A stretch of 64,000 nucleotides of DNA from Lepidodermella squamata (taxonomy: Eukaryota > Animalia > Gastrotricha): contig JBLDXI010000033.1 in the NCBI GenBank assembly GCA_047495785.1, positions 1,178,001 to 1,242,000 on the forward strand, in the 5' to 3' direction. The position numbers and the translations under genes were made by a program. Each line of letters starts with the position of its first letter. Position 1 is the first letter of the stretch. Positions 24,183-34,851 of this stretch are shown here, in pieces. Under the pieces are notes generated by a model. That model had not been told where the DNA came from and ran no database searches. It was given only the letters and a program-made list of their open reading frames with translations.

Positions 24183-24752
24183 ATGAAATACTCAGAACTT
24201 GTCGAATCTATTCATCGATTGATCGGGGCAATAGATGCCGTCGATAAGGAGAAGCGCGACCTGAAGGAAGCTCAATTAGAATTGAAGGTTAAGTTGTCGT
24301 CAGTCCGCCGCTCGAGGCTGCGATGGGTCGAGCTGGCCCACCGCCGTTTTCATCGCAATTGGCTGCTCAGGAAGGAGCTGAGAGTCCGCAGCCAACAGTT
24401 GGCGAAGAGCGACAAGCAACTGGCTGAGCTTCACGATCAAGTCAAGAAGCTTGTGGAGGCAATTGATAAGGAAAGGGCTGAATCTAACGGCAAGGTCAAC
24501 TTCTTAAGCCGAGCTTTAGATGGGGCTAAGGAGAAAGCGGCTGGCGACGAGGAAAAACTTACATCGCTCCGTCGTCGAATTAAAAAGCTTGAAGAACAGA
24601 ATCGCTCGCTTACTCGTGAAGCCGAGCAGATGCCTCAGGCTGTTCGAAATTTATCTGACCTTCAAAACACACCGTTTCTATCGGAATACGATGACCCTTA
24701 TGAGAACATGACCAGAACATCGCTCAACTGGTGGAATCCCTACGGCTTTTAG
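24183..24752 (+). CDS. Hypothetical coiled-coil protein (189 aa, apparently intronless)
   Basis: Open 570-nt frame with heptad Leu/Glu/Lys/Arg periodicity; no family recognised. Confidence 0.6.
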   Translation: MKYSELVESIHRLIGAIDAVDKEKRDLKEAQLELKVKLSSVRRSRLRWVELAHRRFHRNWLLRKELRVRSQQLAKSDKQLAELHDQVKKLVEAIDKERAESNGKVNFLSRALDGAKEKAAGDEEKLTSLRRRIKKLEEQNRSLTREAEQMPQAVRNLSDLQNTPFLSEYDDPYENMTRTSLNWWNPYGF

Positions 24753-25731
24753 CAATGAAACACTGGATTTCAAGAATCCCAGGAGTCATCGGCGGAATCT
24801 TTCGATATTTAAATGAATAATGTTCACATGGTGATTAAATTTGATAATAAGCTCAATAATATGGTTGCCTAATGAGATGATAATCGAAATTTCTTTGTTT
24901 CAATAGGCACGATTATTTTACTGATTTGAACGCTAGAACTGCCTCTCGTGGGTATTGGTGAAAGGAGGCGATAACGGAGGACGGGTTAAATTATTGGATT
25001 AATCAAAAATCCTTTCTGTTGATGAAGATCCATATCGAGTGGCATCGAGTGGAGCCATATTGATGCATGTTATTTTCAGGCTTTGAAGACCCCAATTTTT
25101 TTATCGTTTCAATCCCGCTCAGATCAACTGTCTACATGACTCTACTCGGATAAATATCCCCTAATCGAGGGGCTTTACTGTCCTTATTTGCGGTGATTTT
25201 TCTGGTGTACTGAAAAGTTGCGACCAACTGTAATCTCATGATGAGCTGCATTGACGCTCTATATTACCATATGGAATATTCGGACCGGTTTTTATTGTAA
25301 GAACTTTTGCTTTATCATATCCTATTGGAGTGTTTTTGCGAGGAAAAAGTCACGATGTGTGATGAGACAGTGCAAACACCGAGATAGAAAGCTGAAAAGA
25401 AGGCGTGTATTTATGAGAAACGGCCTCTCAGCAGATGACGATCGCGAAAGGCAGGATCCATTCACATATGGCAACTGTGCGTAATACAGCAGAAAGTAGA
25501 GAGAGAGAATAGTAACATACATATATACATATATAAAAAGTGACACAAAACAGATAAATGCCGCGCGGCCTCCGTACTTATCGAAATTGGCGCCGGCTTG
25601 ATAACGGCCATATACGATGATCTATTATGATGATTTTATCGTCAGTTTTTTTAGAAATTTCATGTATAAATAAAATTATGCGGCTTTTTATATACAACGG
25701 CGAATAAAAGCTAGTGCGGTTACGAGGGAAG

Positions 25732-28700
25732 ATGAAGCGGATGTCGATTTTCACCATTTTTCCAGTAAGCTAAAGCTTTTGAGCTGGGTTTTTTGTACAA
25801 CTCAGTAATCAAATGACCAATAAATAATGTCTGCTCATCGTTTGCCTCTTTTACAGGCACAGTCGGCATTATCTTCGAAGTGGATAGAGGATTCCTTTCA
25901 CCGGAGCGAATGCAGACAATTCATCCAAGACATCAACAATCGGGATAGGTAACAAACTCCTCAATATTCTCCAGGTAGCCTACGGAAACTGTATTCCTAT
26001 TAGGTGTGGATGCGGACGCGATAGAGCGTCCCATGGGTCAGGGATATCAGACACCCCGCCAATCGGCTATTGGTCCTCGAAACGTCATACCGACAGTTCG
26101 CCAACTGACGCCTATGGCACTGTTGAGTTTACAACAGGAGTGCACTCTCACTACATAAGGATGAGCCCATTATCTCGTCCGAATGACGTGATCCGCCTGT
26201 TAACTGAGCAATGGGGTGTCGACCCTCCGAAACTTGTCGTCACCATTCATGGTGGAATGAACAATTTCGATCTACCCCCTCATGTCAAGCGTGATTTCCG
26301 CCGAAGTCTGCAACGCATGGCTGCTGTTCCGGGTTGCTGGATCATAACGACAGGCCTCAACACCGGGATAGCGAAACATGTCGGAGATGCGATAACTGCA
26401 GGATTGTTGCGGCGAAACCGCGCTGTTGTTATTGGAATCGCTCCTTGGGGTGTTGTAGCCGGCAGAAATCGCCTGGCTGTCCGGAATGCCAATGTCCACT
26501 ACTACCCTCCCGCGAATGCCTCTGGGGCAAATGTCCTCAACCCGAACCATTCGATTTTCCTGCTTATCGACGACGGAACGGTTGGCAAATACGGGCATGA
26601 GGTATGGAACCCAATTCAACTGAAATGCCCTGATTAACCTGATATCTTAGGTAAAATGGCAGCAAGATTTCGAACGGAGCCTTTCTGTGCCGTTAATCGC
26701 TGTTTTAGTGGAAGGTGGAGCTCACTGCATAAGAAGGTCAGCTGATTATCTTGCTGCAGCAAAACCTTTGGTAGTCATGAGCGAAACTGGCCGGGCTGCT
26801 GACGTTCTCACGCTGTCTCTCAAACTCGGCTCAAGCAGCTTTGAAGAGTCAGATTTGAATATCATTTCTGCACAAATTGAACAGGCCTTCGGATCTTCAA
26901 GCTTTGCTCACAGGAACAAGGCTATTATTAACGATTTGACAGCGTGTCTTAAGCGTAGGAAGTTTATAACTGTATGGTCTGGCGGGGTAAGCAACTCGGA
27001 GCTCGACGTTTGCATACTTACTGCATTGCTACGATCTCAAGAACGGACTCCAATTGAGCAATGGCGACTCGCTCTGGCTTGGAACCGAGTTGATTTGGTT
27101 AGCAACGAGAAGCTACCTAGCTCTCTAGCGGCTAGAAACAGCTCATCGCCTCTTGATGAATCTCTCAACGAGGTTCTGCTAGAAGCCGTAGCAATGGACC
27201 GGATAGATTTCGTGAAACTACTGCTGAAACAGGGTATTAACCCTGGAGAGGCGCTCAATCACAAACGCTTAGAACGGTTGTACAACTTACGAAGCACAGA
27301 CAGCTGGGTCATTCGAGATTTGATCCGCCTGGTTCTTAAACGCCAAGTTGTTGGGCGAATTACTTTGCTCGACATTGGCTACATCCTCGAGACATTGATG
27401 GGGTATGGCTTCAGGTCGAGTTACTTGACGATGAAACCAGCAAAGAAATCGAAAACTGCCGTGTTGGATCAACAATTTCGCTATCCTTTCTCGGACCTTT
27501 TGGTATGGGCTATTTTGATGCAACGTCATGAAATGGCTCGTCTGATGTGCACGAAAGGCGAGGAAACTCTAGCCAAGTCCATTGTGGCTTGCCGTCTCTA
27601 TAGATCTATAGGAAAAATTTTGGCGGCAGACGTCACTTCTGAGATAATTTCTGAGTTCAGGAGGCTGGAAAAAGAATTTGCGAACCTTGGAGTTGATCTG
27701 TTGACAAAATGCCACAAACAAGATGACCTGCTTGCCCAGCATCTTTTGACCAATGAGTTGAGCTACTTCTCCAACAAAACCTGTCTAAGCCTTGCAGTAT
27801 CAGCGAGTCATAAACATTTGGTCGCCCATCCTTGCAGTCAAGGTTTACTAGACGCTCTATGGACGGGCGGGTTGAGGCAGAGATCAACCAGACCTTGGAA
27901 AATTCTTCTTGGACTCCTCTGTCCACCGTTTGCAGTTCTAGGTTTGAGGTACTTGAGTGAAGAAGAACTGAGTCTCCAACCTCAAACCGAAGCTGAAATC
28001 GAGGAGCAACGCCTCGAGCAATCTCATGAGTTGGAGAACATGGAGAATCCTGATGTTCAAATACCCACGCTTCAAGTCCCGGCTATAAGTCTTAGCCATG
28101 CCGAAAGCAGGCAATCACTTGGGTTAAGTAGACAGATTTCTCGCTTTTACAGCTACCAAGCAGGTGGTGGAAGCTTTCGAGCCAACCGTCAGGCGGCCCG
28201 TGAATCCGTGTTTGAATTTGCTTTCAAAGAGGAGGAACTTCATGATAAATCATCGGCTTCATTGCCAGCAACTCCGAACGGAAATAACGATCAATTCATC
28301 TCCGGGCACAGGGCATCTCTTCAAGACGAAATTGGTGAGCAATTGAGTCGCGGAACCCCCCTAAGCGCTGCAAAGCGAATTTACGAATTCTACAACGCTC
28401 CCGTCACGAAATTCTGGCTTCACTCGGTGAGATTTATCAATTGTTTTGCTTCTCTTCAATATTGCTGAATATCATAGATTGGATACGTTGTTTTCATTCT
28501 GTGCTTTTGCTACACCATTTTAACGGAATCTTACATGTCATACGCTCAATGGCCCGAGATCTATATATGCTGTTACGTCGTGACAGAATTCTTGGACAAA
28601 ATTCGCGAAATTGCTTTCATCAACGCGCGTTCTATTCCGGCGAAATTGAGGATTTACTTCCTCGATGGATGGAATATGTTTGACGCAGCTGGTGTATTTT

Positions 28701-29874
28701 TGTTTCTCATTGGCCTTGCGATGCGATGGTCCAATGAGTCCTTCGAAGCTGGCCGAGCTTTCTGGATTGTTTCAATCGTTTGCTTCATGATTCACATCTT
28801 CGACATTTTTCAAGTAAACGACGACCTTGCTACTTATATTATGATTTTACAGGTATGTTAAAAATTAAGGTGGATTGCAATGTTTTATCTCAAGTTCTAT
28901 TACAGAAAATGATGAAACAAATGATCAGTTTTCTGATAATTCTCGGCGTTGTCGTAGTCATGTACGGAATCGTTCTTCAAGCAGCCAGATTTCCCTACAG
29001 AATCCCTGAATGGGACATTCTGAAGGATGTATGGGTTGAGCCGTATCATAATCTGTATGGTGAAGTGTACCATGAGTACGTCGATGTTCGAGCTTGCGAT
29101 TCAGACTATCGTAACTCGACAAGTCGCGACAAGCCTCCTTGTTGGTGCTGCACCTGGTTGGCACCTGTCGGCCAGGCCATCTATCTCATCGTGGCGAATG
29201 TCCTCATGTTGAACCTTCTAGTCGCCGTTTTCAACTCAGTGTTCGAAAAGGTCAGTCGGATCTCGAAGGCACTTGTTCGTTTCCAGCGATACCGGTTGAT
29301 AGTAGACTACCAACTCCTGCCAATTCTTCCTCCGCCTTTCATTGTCTTTAACTACATTTATTTTATTGGGAAAGCTGTTTTTCGAGCTGTTAAAGGTCGC
29401 AAGTCACGAGCTCGGGACCCTGGCCTCCTCAAGATTATTTTGACGCCGCAAGATTTGGCGGCCTTACATGACTTCGAGGAGCAGGCTCGCGACGAAATGG
29501 AGGAACAACTTCTTGCTAGTGAAGTCACCCGTTTTCACCGCGAAGATGATCACTTGGCCAAATCTGCGGCGGAAAAGCTTGAAGCAATCCAAACTTCACT
29601 TGAGATGATGATGCAAAAGCAAGCGGCAATTTTGGCAATGTTGCAGTCCAAGAATTCGCAACTAGAAGAAAACGCCTCACTGCCTCCTAGTATGACGAAT
29701 GAAGCTGGCCAAATGCCAATTGATAACGATATACCAAAGAGGCAACGATTTCTCAGGCTACATGGCGTATCTGAGTCTGCGCTTGAAGATGACGCTGCTG
29801 AGACAACAGAAGAGGGTGACATCGACCGACAACTATCATCGATTGCATTCGAGACGAACCAAGATTTTTCATAA
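25732..29874 (+). CDS. TRPM-family cation channel (~1280 aa), with no C-terminal kinase or NUDT9-H domain
   Basis: Exons 25732-25764 (alternative in-frame ATG at 25827), 25857-25948, 26004-26601, 26651-28426, 28478-28852, 28906-29874. Motifs WIEDSFHRSEC, CGCGR, TDAYGTVEF, VVIGIAPWG, LNPNHSIFLLIDDGTVGKYG, LALAWNRVD, FYNAPVTKFW, pore PYHNLYGEVY, NLLVAVFN, LPPPF. Confidence 0.93.
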
Positions 29875-30109
29875 AATTTTTATATGATCATGAAAGAAAC
29901 CTCAAGTAAAACTGATAATCAACCAACGAAAACCAGGTTGTGAAGGACGTGTTTGAATTTCTTTTAAGATTTCGTATTGTACCTGTGAGCCATTGAATGA
30001 TATGCTGCCATAGGTAACTCTTCTTTTCAACACGTACCTACTACGACTCTCGCGTTGAATGGATGCATTTTTTACGTCCTATAAATTTTTTTTGGTGCAA
30101 ACCTTAATA

Positions 30110-30663
30110 ATGTCTTCGCAGACAACAACTTCAACAACAACTTCTTCTTACGATTATCTAGTTTATGGAACAGGTAATATTTTCCGATTTTTCCCTTAAA
30201 CTTGATTCGATCGAATTCTTCGATAGTTGACAATCCTATTCTATGGTCGCTGGTCGTAGTCGCGGTGTTGCTGTTCGTAACTTTTTTCGTTATCCTCTGT
30301 GTCTGCCTTTTACCGGCTCATTGGAACGAACGAAAAGCTCGAGCATGGCAAGCTTATTATTCCCAACCTCGCGCGATCGTTTCGACCCCAATTCCAACTG
30401 TTGTGCAAGAAGTTCAGCCTCCAGTCGAGCCGGTAATCGAGCACCCGAGTGTTGTACCAACGCCGGCTCCAAGGTCGCCCAAGCTCAAAAAGGTCAAGCC
30501 GCAACACCCGGCCTTACCACCAGCCCCAGCCCCACCGCCCTATTCAACTTCAACACCTGCACCTCCGCCCAGGGAAAGGTTCTTCGAGAGAACCCCGGCT
30601 TACTCCAGCCTAAGACATGCGCCTCTTGTGTATATTGTCCATAACGGTGGCAGTTCTGATTGA
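30110..30663 (+). CDS. Single-pass membrane protein (166 aa) with juxtamembrane Cys and a Pro-rich PPxY tail (WBP1/Shisa-like layout)
   Basis: Exons 30110-30173 and 30227-30663; Thr/Ser-rich N-terminus, TM ILWSLVVVAVLLFVTFFVIL, CVC, PAPPPY. Confidence 0.75.
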
Positions 30664-30724
30664 TTTTTATTTTTTTAATATTTCCAAGTCATTTCATCAG
30701 CAGTAAAACTTCTTCTTGTGGGTT

Positions 30725-31496
30725 TCATCCATCGCTGGTCAGGTAGTAATGCTTGATAGGCAATAAAGTCATAGGGTCCAGATCGTAAACTAACGGGATT
30801 CCAGTTGGAATCTCCTGCTTTACGATGTCGTCACCGCTTAAATCTTCCAAACACTTGATGATAGCCCGAATAGTGCTGCCATGGGCGCAAACAATGACAC
30901 GTTTGCCTGATATTATTTCCGGAATTATCACACCAGCCCAGAACGGCCAGACGCGGAGAACTGTGTCTCTCAGGCTCTCACATGCTGGCAGAAACTCCCT
31001 ACTCAGATTCTGGGAATCACATAAATTTTTCTGAGTATCTTTTCCTAACATTAATTGAAAGACTTACCTCGTATTTTTGATCTTTTATCGCCGAGTAAGG
31101 GCTGTTATCATCGATAGGAGGAGGTCGGGTGTTATAAGAGCGACTCCAGATTTTCACCTGATCCTCGCCGTGAATCGCAGCGGCTTGTCTCTTATTCAAG
31201 CCTTGAAGAGCGCCGTAATGCCGCTCGTTTAACCGCCACGTTTTAACAACAGGAATCCAATGAAGGTTCAGCTCGTCTTGAATGTGGAACAGCGTGTTGT
31301 TCGCGCGCTTCAAATAGCTGGTAAAAGCGACATCGAAATGCTCGAAACCGCGTTCCTTCAGCACCTTACCTGCTGCCCTCGCCTCTGCAACACCCGTTTC
31401 GGTCAGATCAACGTCAACCCAGCCGCAGAATCGGTTATCTTTCGTCCACTCGCTTTCACCATGCCGGATGAAAAAAATTTGACGGGGTATCGGCAT
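30725..31496 (-). CDS. Cofactor-dependent phosphoglycerate mutase (dPGM/PGAM-like, histidine phosphatase family), 237 aa
   Basis: Exons 31496-31068 and 31009-30725; motifs [48 protein letters not shown]. Confidence 0.92.
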
Positions 31497-31771
31497 TTTG
31501 TGTTTTCTTGTACAATAATATTCATTAAATGTAAAATAAAACCCAACTAGGCAAATATTTAAATATTTTCCCAACTTCACGTGGTGAACTCAGCTTTAGG
31601 CAGCGTCCACTGAAATTCGTTTATTCAGTTGCACAAGTAATATACCTTTTTGAATTGTCAAAAAGACTGTAATACCGAGGGAATTTGAACCTAACGGAGT
31701 AGAACAATAATTTAGACAAACGCACGGTTCTCTCATTTTTTCCAATTATCATGGGATAGGAATGGGGCTTC

Positions 31772-32380
31772 ATGGCCCTATCGACTGCAGCCCTGCTGAA
31801 ATGCGTCAACCTACCAAACCTTCTGCTGTTGAAATCTCTAGTATCTCCTAGATCTGATGAGCAATTAACTGTTATGTTTCCTCCCATTTCTCGTGATTTT
31901 TATCATTCAATCGCATTTTATTTTCGCCGGATCGGAAAACTACGCGCCTCCAAATTTGATGGGCATTTTTCGATTATTAGGTTCGGCTACGACTATTTTA
32001 AACTTTCAATCAAGTTTTTATGTAACAATTTTCAGTGCTTGTTTCAGCCTGCGTGCGGGCTTCTTCGGAAAGTCCCAACAGCCAGTCTCAATTTCATTAA
32101 TGGTGCGGTTTCTTGGATCATTTGCATATCTATCGATATGGCATTCGACCTAAAATTTCCAGCGTCGTTCCTATTTCTTGGCGCGGGGCTTGAACTCGTC
32201 TTTGAACTGCTGATTCAGCTGATATTTCTCGATATCGAGGCGAAATTTTTCAACATGATTGGAGCTCTTATTGTGATATCTGCGTTTGGTCTCATTGCTG
32301 ACAGGCATTTTTTGGTACAAAGAACTGCCGATGAATACGGTCGAATTGGGAAATGCTTTGTTCAATTTCCGACTATTTGA
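31772..32380 (+). pseudogene. Degenerate EamA/SLC35G-like paralog
   Basis: Fragments of all three exons are recognisable (LLKCVN..SPRSDEQ; VIFIIQSHFIFAGSENYAPPN in another frame; ASLNFINGAVS..LGAGLELVF..FNMIGALIV), but most of exon 1 and part of exon 3 are deleted. Confidence 0.8.
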
Positions 32381-32902
32381 GGCACAAACCGAAATTATCC
32401 GAGAAGCGTTGAAAATTCTTGATTAGTGAATAATGACGATGAAATTGGTGAAAATAAAAGAAAATAAAAGGAATAAGCAGGTAGGTAGCAGGTCTGCAGG
32501 CTGCAGGGGCGGACGAAGGCCGGAATAACGGGTTTCATCGATATCCTGCGATACGGCTAATATACAGCTGCTCCTACTTCGTAGCAGAACAACAAATAAT
32601 AACAAAGCGCCACGAAAATTCATCTTCCACGAAAAACAAGTAGCATGATCGCGTGCAAAGACACGTGCGCTCGATCACATGCTGAAAAAAAGTTGCTGAC
32701 AGGGCAAGGTGACTGGCAGGTTGATTGTTGTAGGCCACGCGGGCCTATTTTTGGAGCCAGGCTAGCACGCGATTCGCGTCTAAAACGCCTATAAGAAGAG
32801 GGTGTGGCTTCATCGAAATATTCATCATCTGCTCATTCGCAATTTGCATTTAGCAATCTAAAGTCTTTTCAGTTTTTCGTAGCCTTCAAATCTTCAAATA
32901 AA

Positions 32903-34336
32903 ATGGCCTGCTCATACACCTCGATGCCCTCGACCTTCGGCGCCGCCGCCGGCTACACCAGCCCGATCAGCGTTGAGAACATGCTCCGCAACAAGGTCGA
33001 CCTCTACTCGGCCCTGCCCGTCGAGCGCAGCCTCATCAACGCCAGCCCGATCGTCGGCAACACCTTCGCCTCGGCCGCTCCCTTCGGCGGTGCCTTCGAG
33101 ACCGAACAGGCCCTCCGCTTCGGTGGTGCTGGCTCCGTCGTCGAGTTCGGCGCCCACACCGGCCGCGTCTTCGGTGCCGACTGCGGCGCCCAGCTCGCCT
33201 CGATCGTCGCCGCCCGCCTCAACACCTTCCTCGGCCACGAGGTCGCCGTCCGCATCGGCGCCCAGTGGGGAGCTGAGGTGTGCGCCAAGCTGGGTGCCGA
33301 GCTCGCCGTCAAGCTCGCCAACGGCTGGCCCGTCGAGCAGTGCGCCCGCTGGTGCTACACCTTCGGAGCCGAGCACGGCGCCGAACTGGGTGCCGTCATC
33401 GCCCAGCGCCTGGGTGCCATCTACACCGCCGAGCACGCCGCCCGCGTCTCGTCGATGCTCTTCGCCGAGCTGAGCCAGCAGCTGTGCTACGTCATCGCCG
33501 CCCGCCTCGGCGAGTCCCGCTTCGGCGCCTCCTTCGGCCGCTTCAACAACTGGACCGGCTCGTACCCGACCACCTACGGATCGTACGCTGGCAACTACGG
33601 CTACCCGACCACCTTCGGCTCGTTCGAGCGCTTCGGTGGCCTGTTCGGCGGTCGCCCTGAGCTCTTCAACAACACCAACACCTTCGGCTCATACCCGACC
33701 ACCTTCGGCTCCTTCGGTGCCAACACCTGGGCCAACACCCCCAACACCTGGTTCAACACCATGTCTGGTGACAACAAGCTGTACAACATCGCCTTCCGCC
33801 CGTCGTCGGAGCTCGAGATGTACACCCTGACCAACCCGATCCGCATGATCGACGTCGAGGGCAACCGCCAGCTGTACCTGTGCTTCGAGCTCAAGGGCTT
33901 CAAGCCTGAGGAGGTCTGTGTCACCCTGAACAAGGCCGAGCGCGCCGTCGTCGTCGAGGCCGCCCACGACATCAAGGAGGGCAAGGAGCACCAGATCTCC
34001 CGCAAGTACTCGCGCAAGTTCGTCCTGCCCGAGGTGAGTAAAATCAAATTTCAATCAACTCTAACTTCATGCTGTTCTTTGTCTTTCTAGACCCTTGCCA
34101 AGATCGACCTGACCAAGGTTGAGCTCAAGTCGTGCCTGACCCAGGAGGGCTACCTCGTCGTCGAGTGCCAGCTGCCGAAGATGACCACCGAGGAGATCGC
34201 CAAGTCGCCGATCATGTCCGAGCTGTACAACAAGATGCCGTTCGGTGGCTACAACGCCGTCCACAACTTCGGTGGCATGCCCTCGATCAGCAGCCACTAC
34301 AACAACGTCAAGCCCGTCACCGTCAAGACTGCCTAA
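32903..34336 (+). CDS. Giant small heat-shock/alpha-crystallin-domain protein 2 (458 aa)
   Basis: Exons 32903-34033 and 34091-34336; same MACS start, same intron position, same crystallin domain and VKPVTVKTA end as gene 1; TATAAG at 32790; AATAAA at 34448. Confidence 0.9.
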
Positions 34337-34851
34337 GCGATGAATTATCTGCTAAATTGCGCAAAATTGAAAGAACTTGATGCCGTTAGAAAGACTCGTG
34401 TGTGATACTGTGATAAACCTGACCCAATATCGGTCTTGATCAAGTATAATAAACGGAAATTTCGCGTGCTCATATCAGTCAAAAGCCAGACTCTTTCATT
34501 TCATTTCTTTAATTTCTTCAGATCATACAAGAGTTCAATTATTACGATATCATAGCGTTCAAAAAGTTGATTCAGTTTACTCGTCGCTGATTACATATAC
34601 ACACATTAGATCATAATCATGGAAATAACGGGTCTAAAAATACACGATGATTCATGACAGAAACCAGTTCTCTCTCTAGCCGGAAAATAAACTTCCATCT
34701 AATGTTCACACAAGAGAAAGATAGTTGAAGTAGAGATTGTTGTATTTTATGGTAAAAATCGGATCGTATACTAATAAACAACACAATTTTGTGTAAATAA
34801 CCGTGTAAAGAAGGGGGAATTTTGTGGAAAATTCAAAACTTGCGGCGGCAG

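Noticed and set aside
25732-29874. Functional coupling of the TRPM (ADPR-gated TRPM2-like) with the TIR NADase
   Set aside because: No NUDT9-H domain, the genes are 24 kb apart, and nothing in the sequence supports the link.
32804-32902. N-terminal extension of sHSP2 in the ORF track
   Set aside because: GTG start in the AT-rich 5' UTR; the paralog and the codon-bias switch place the start at ATG 32903.
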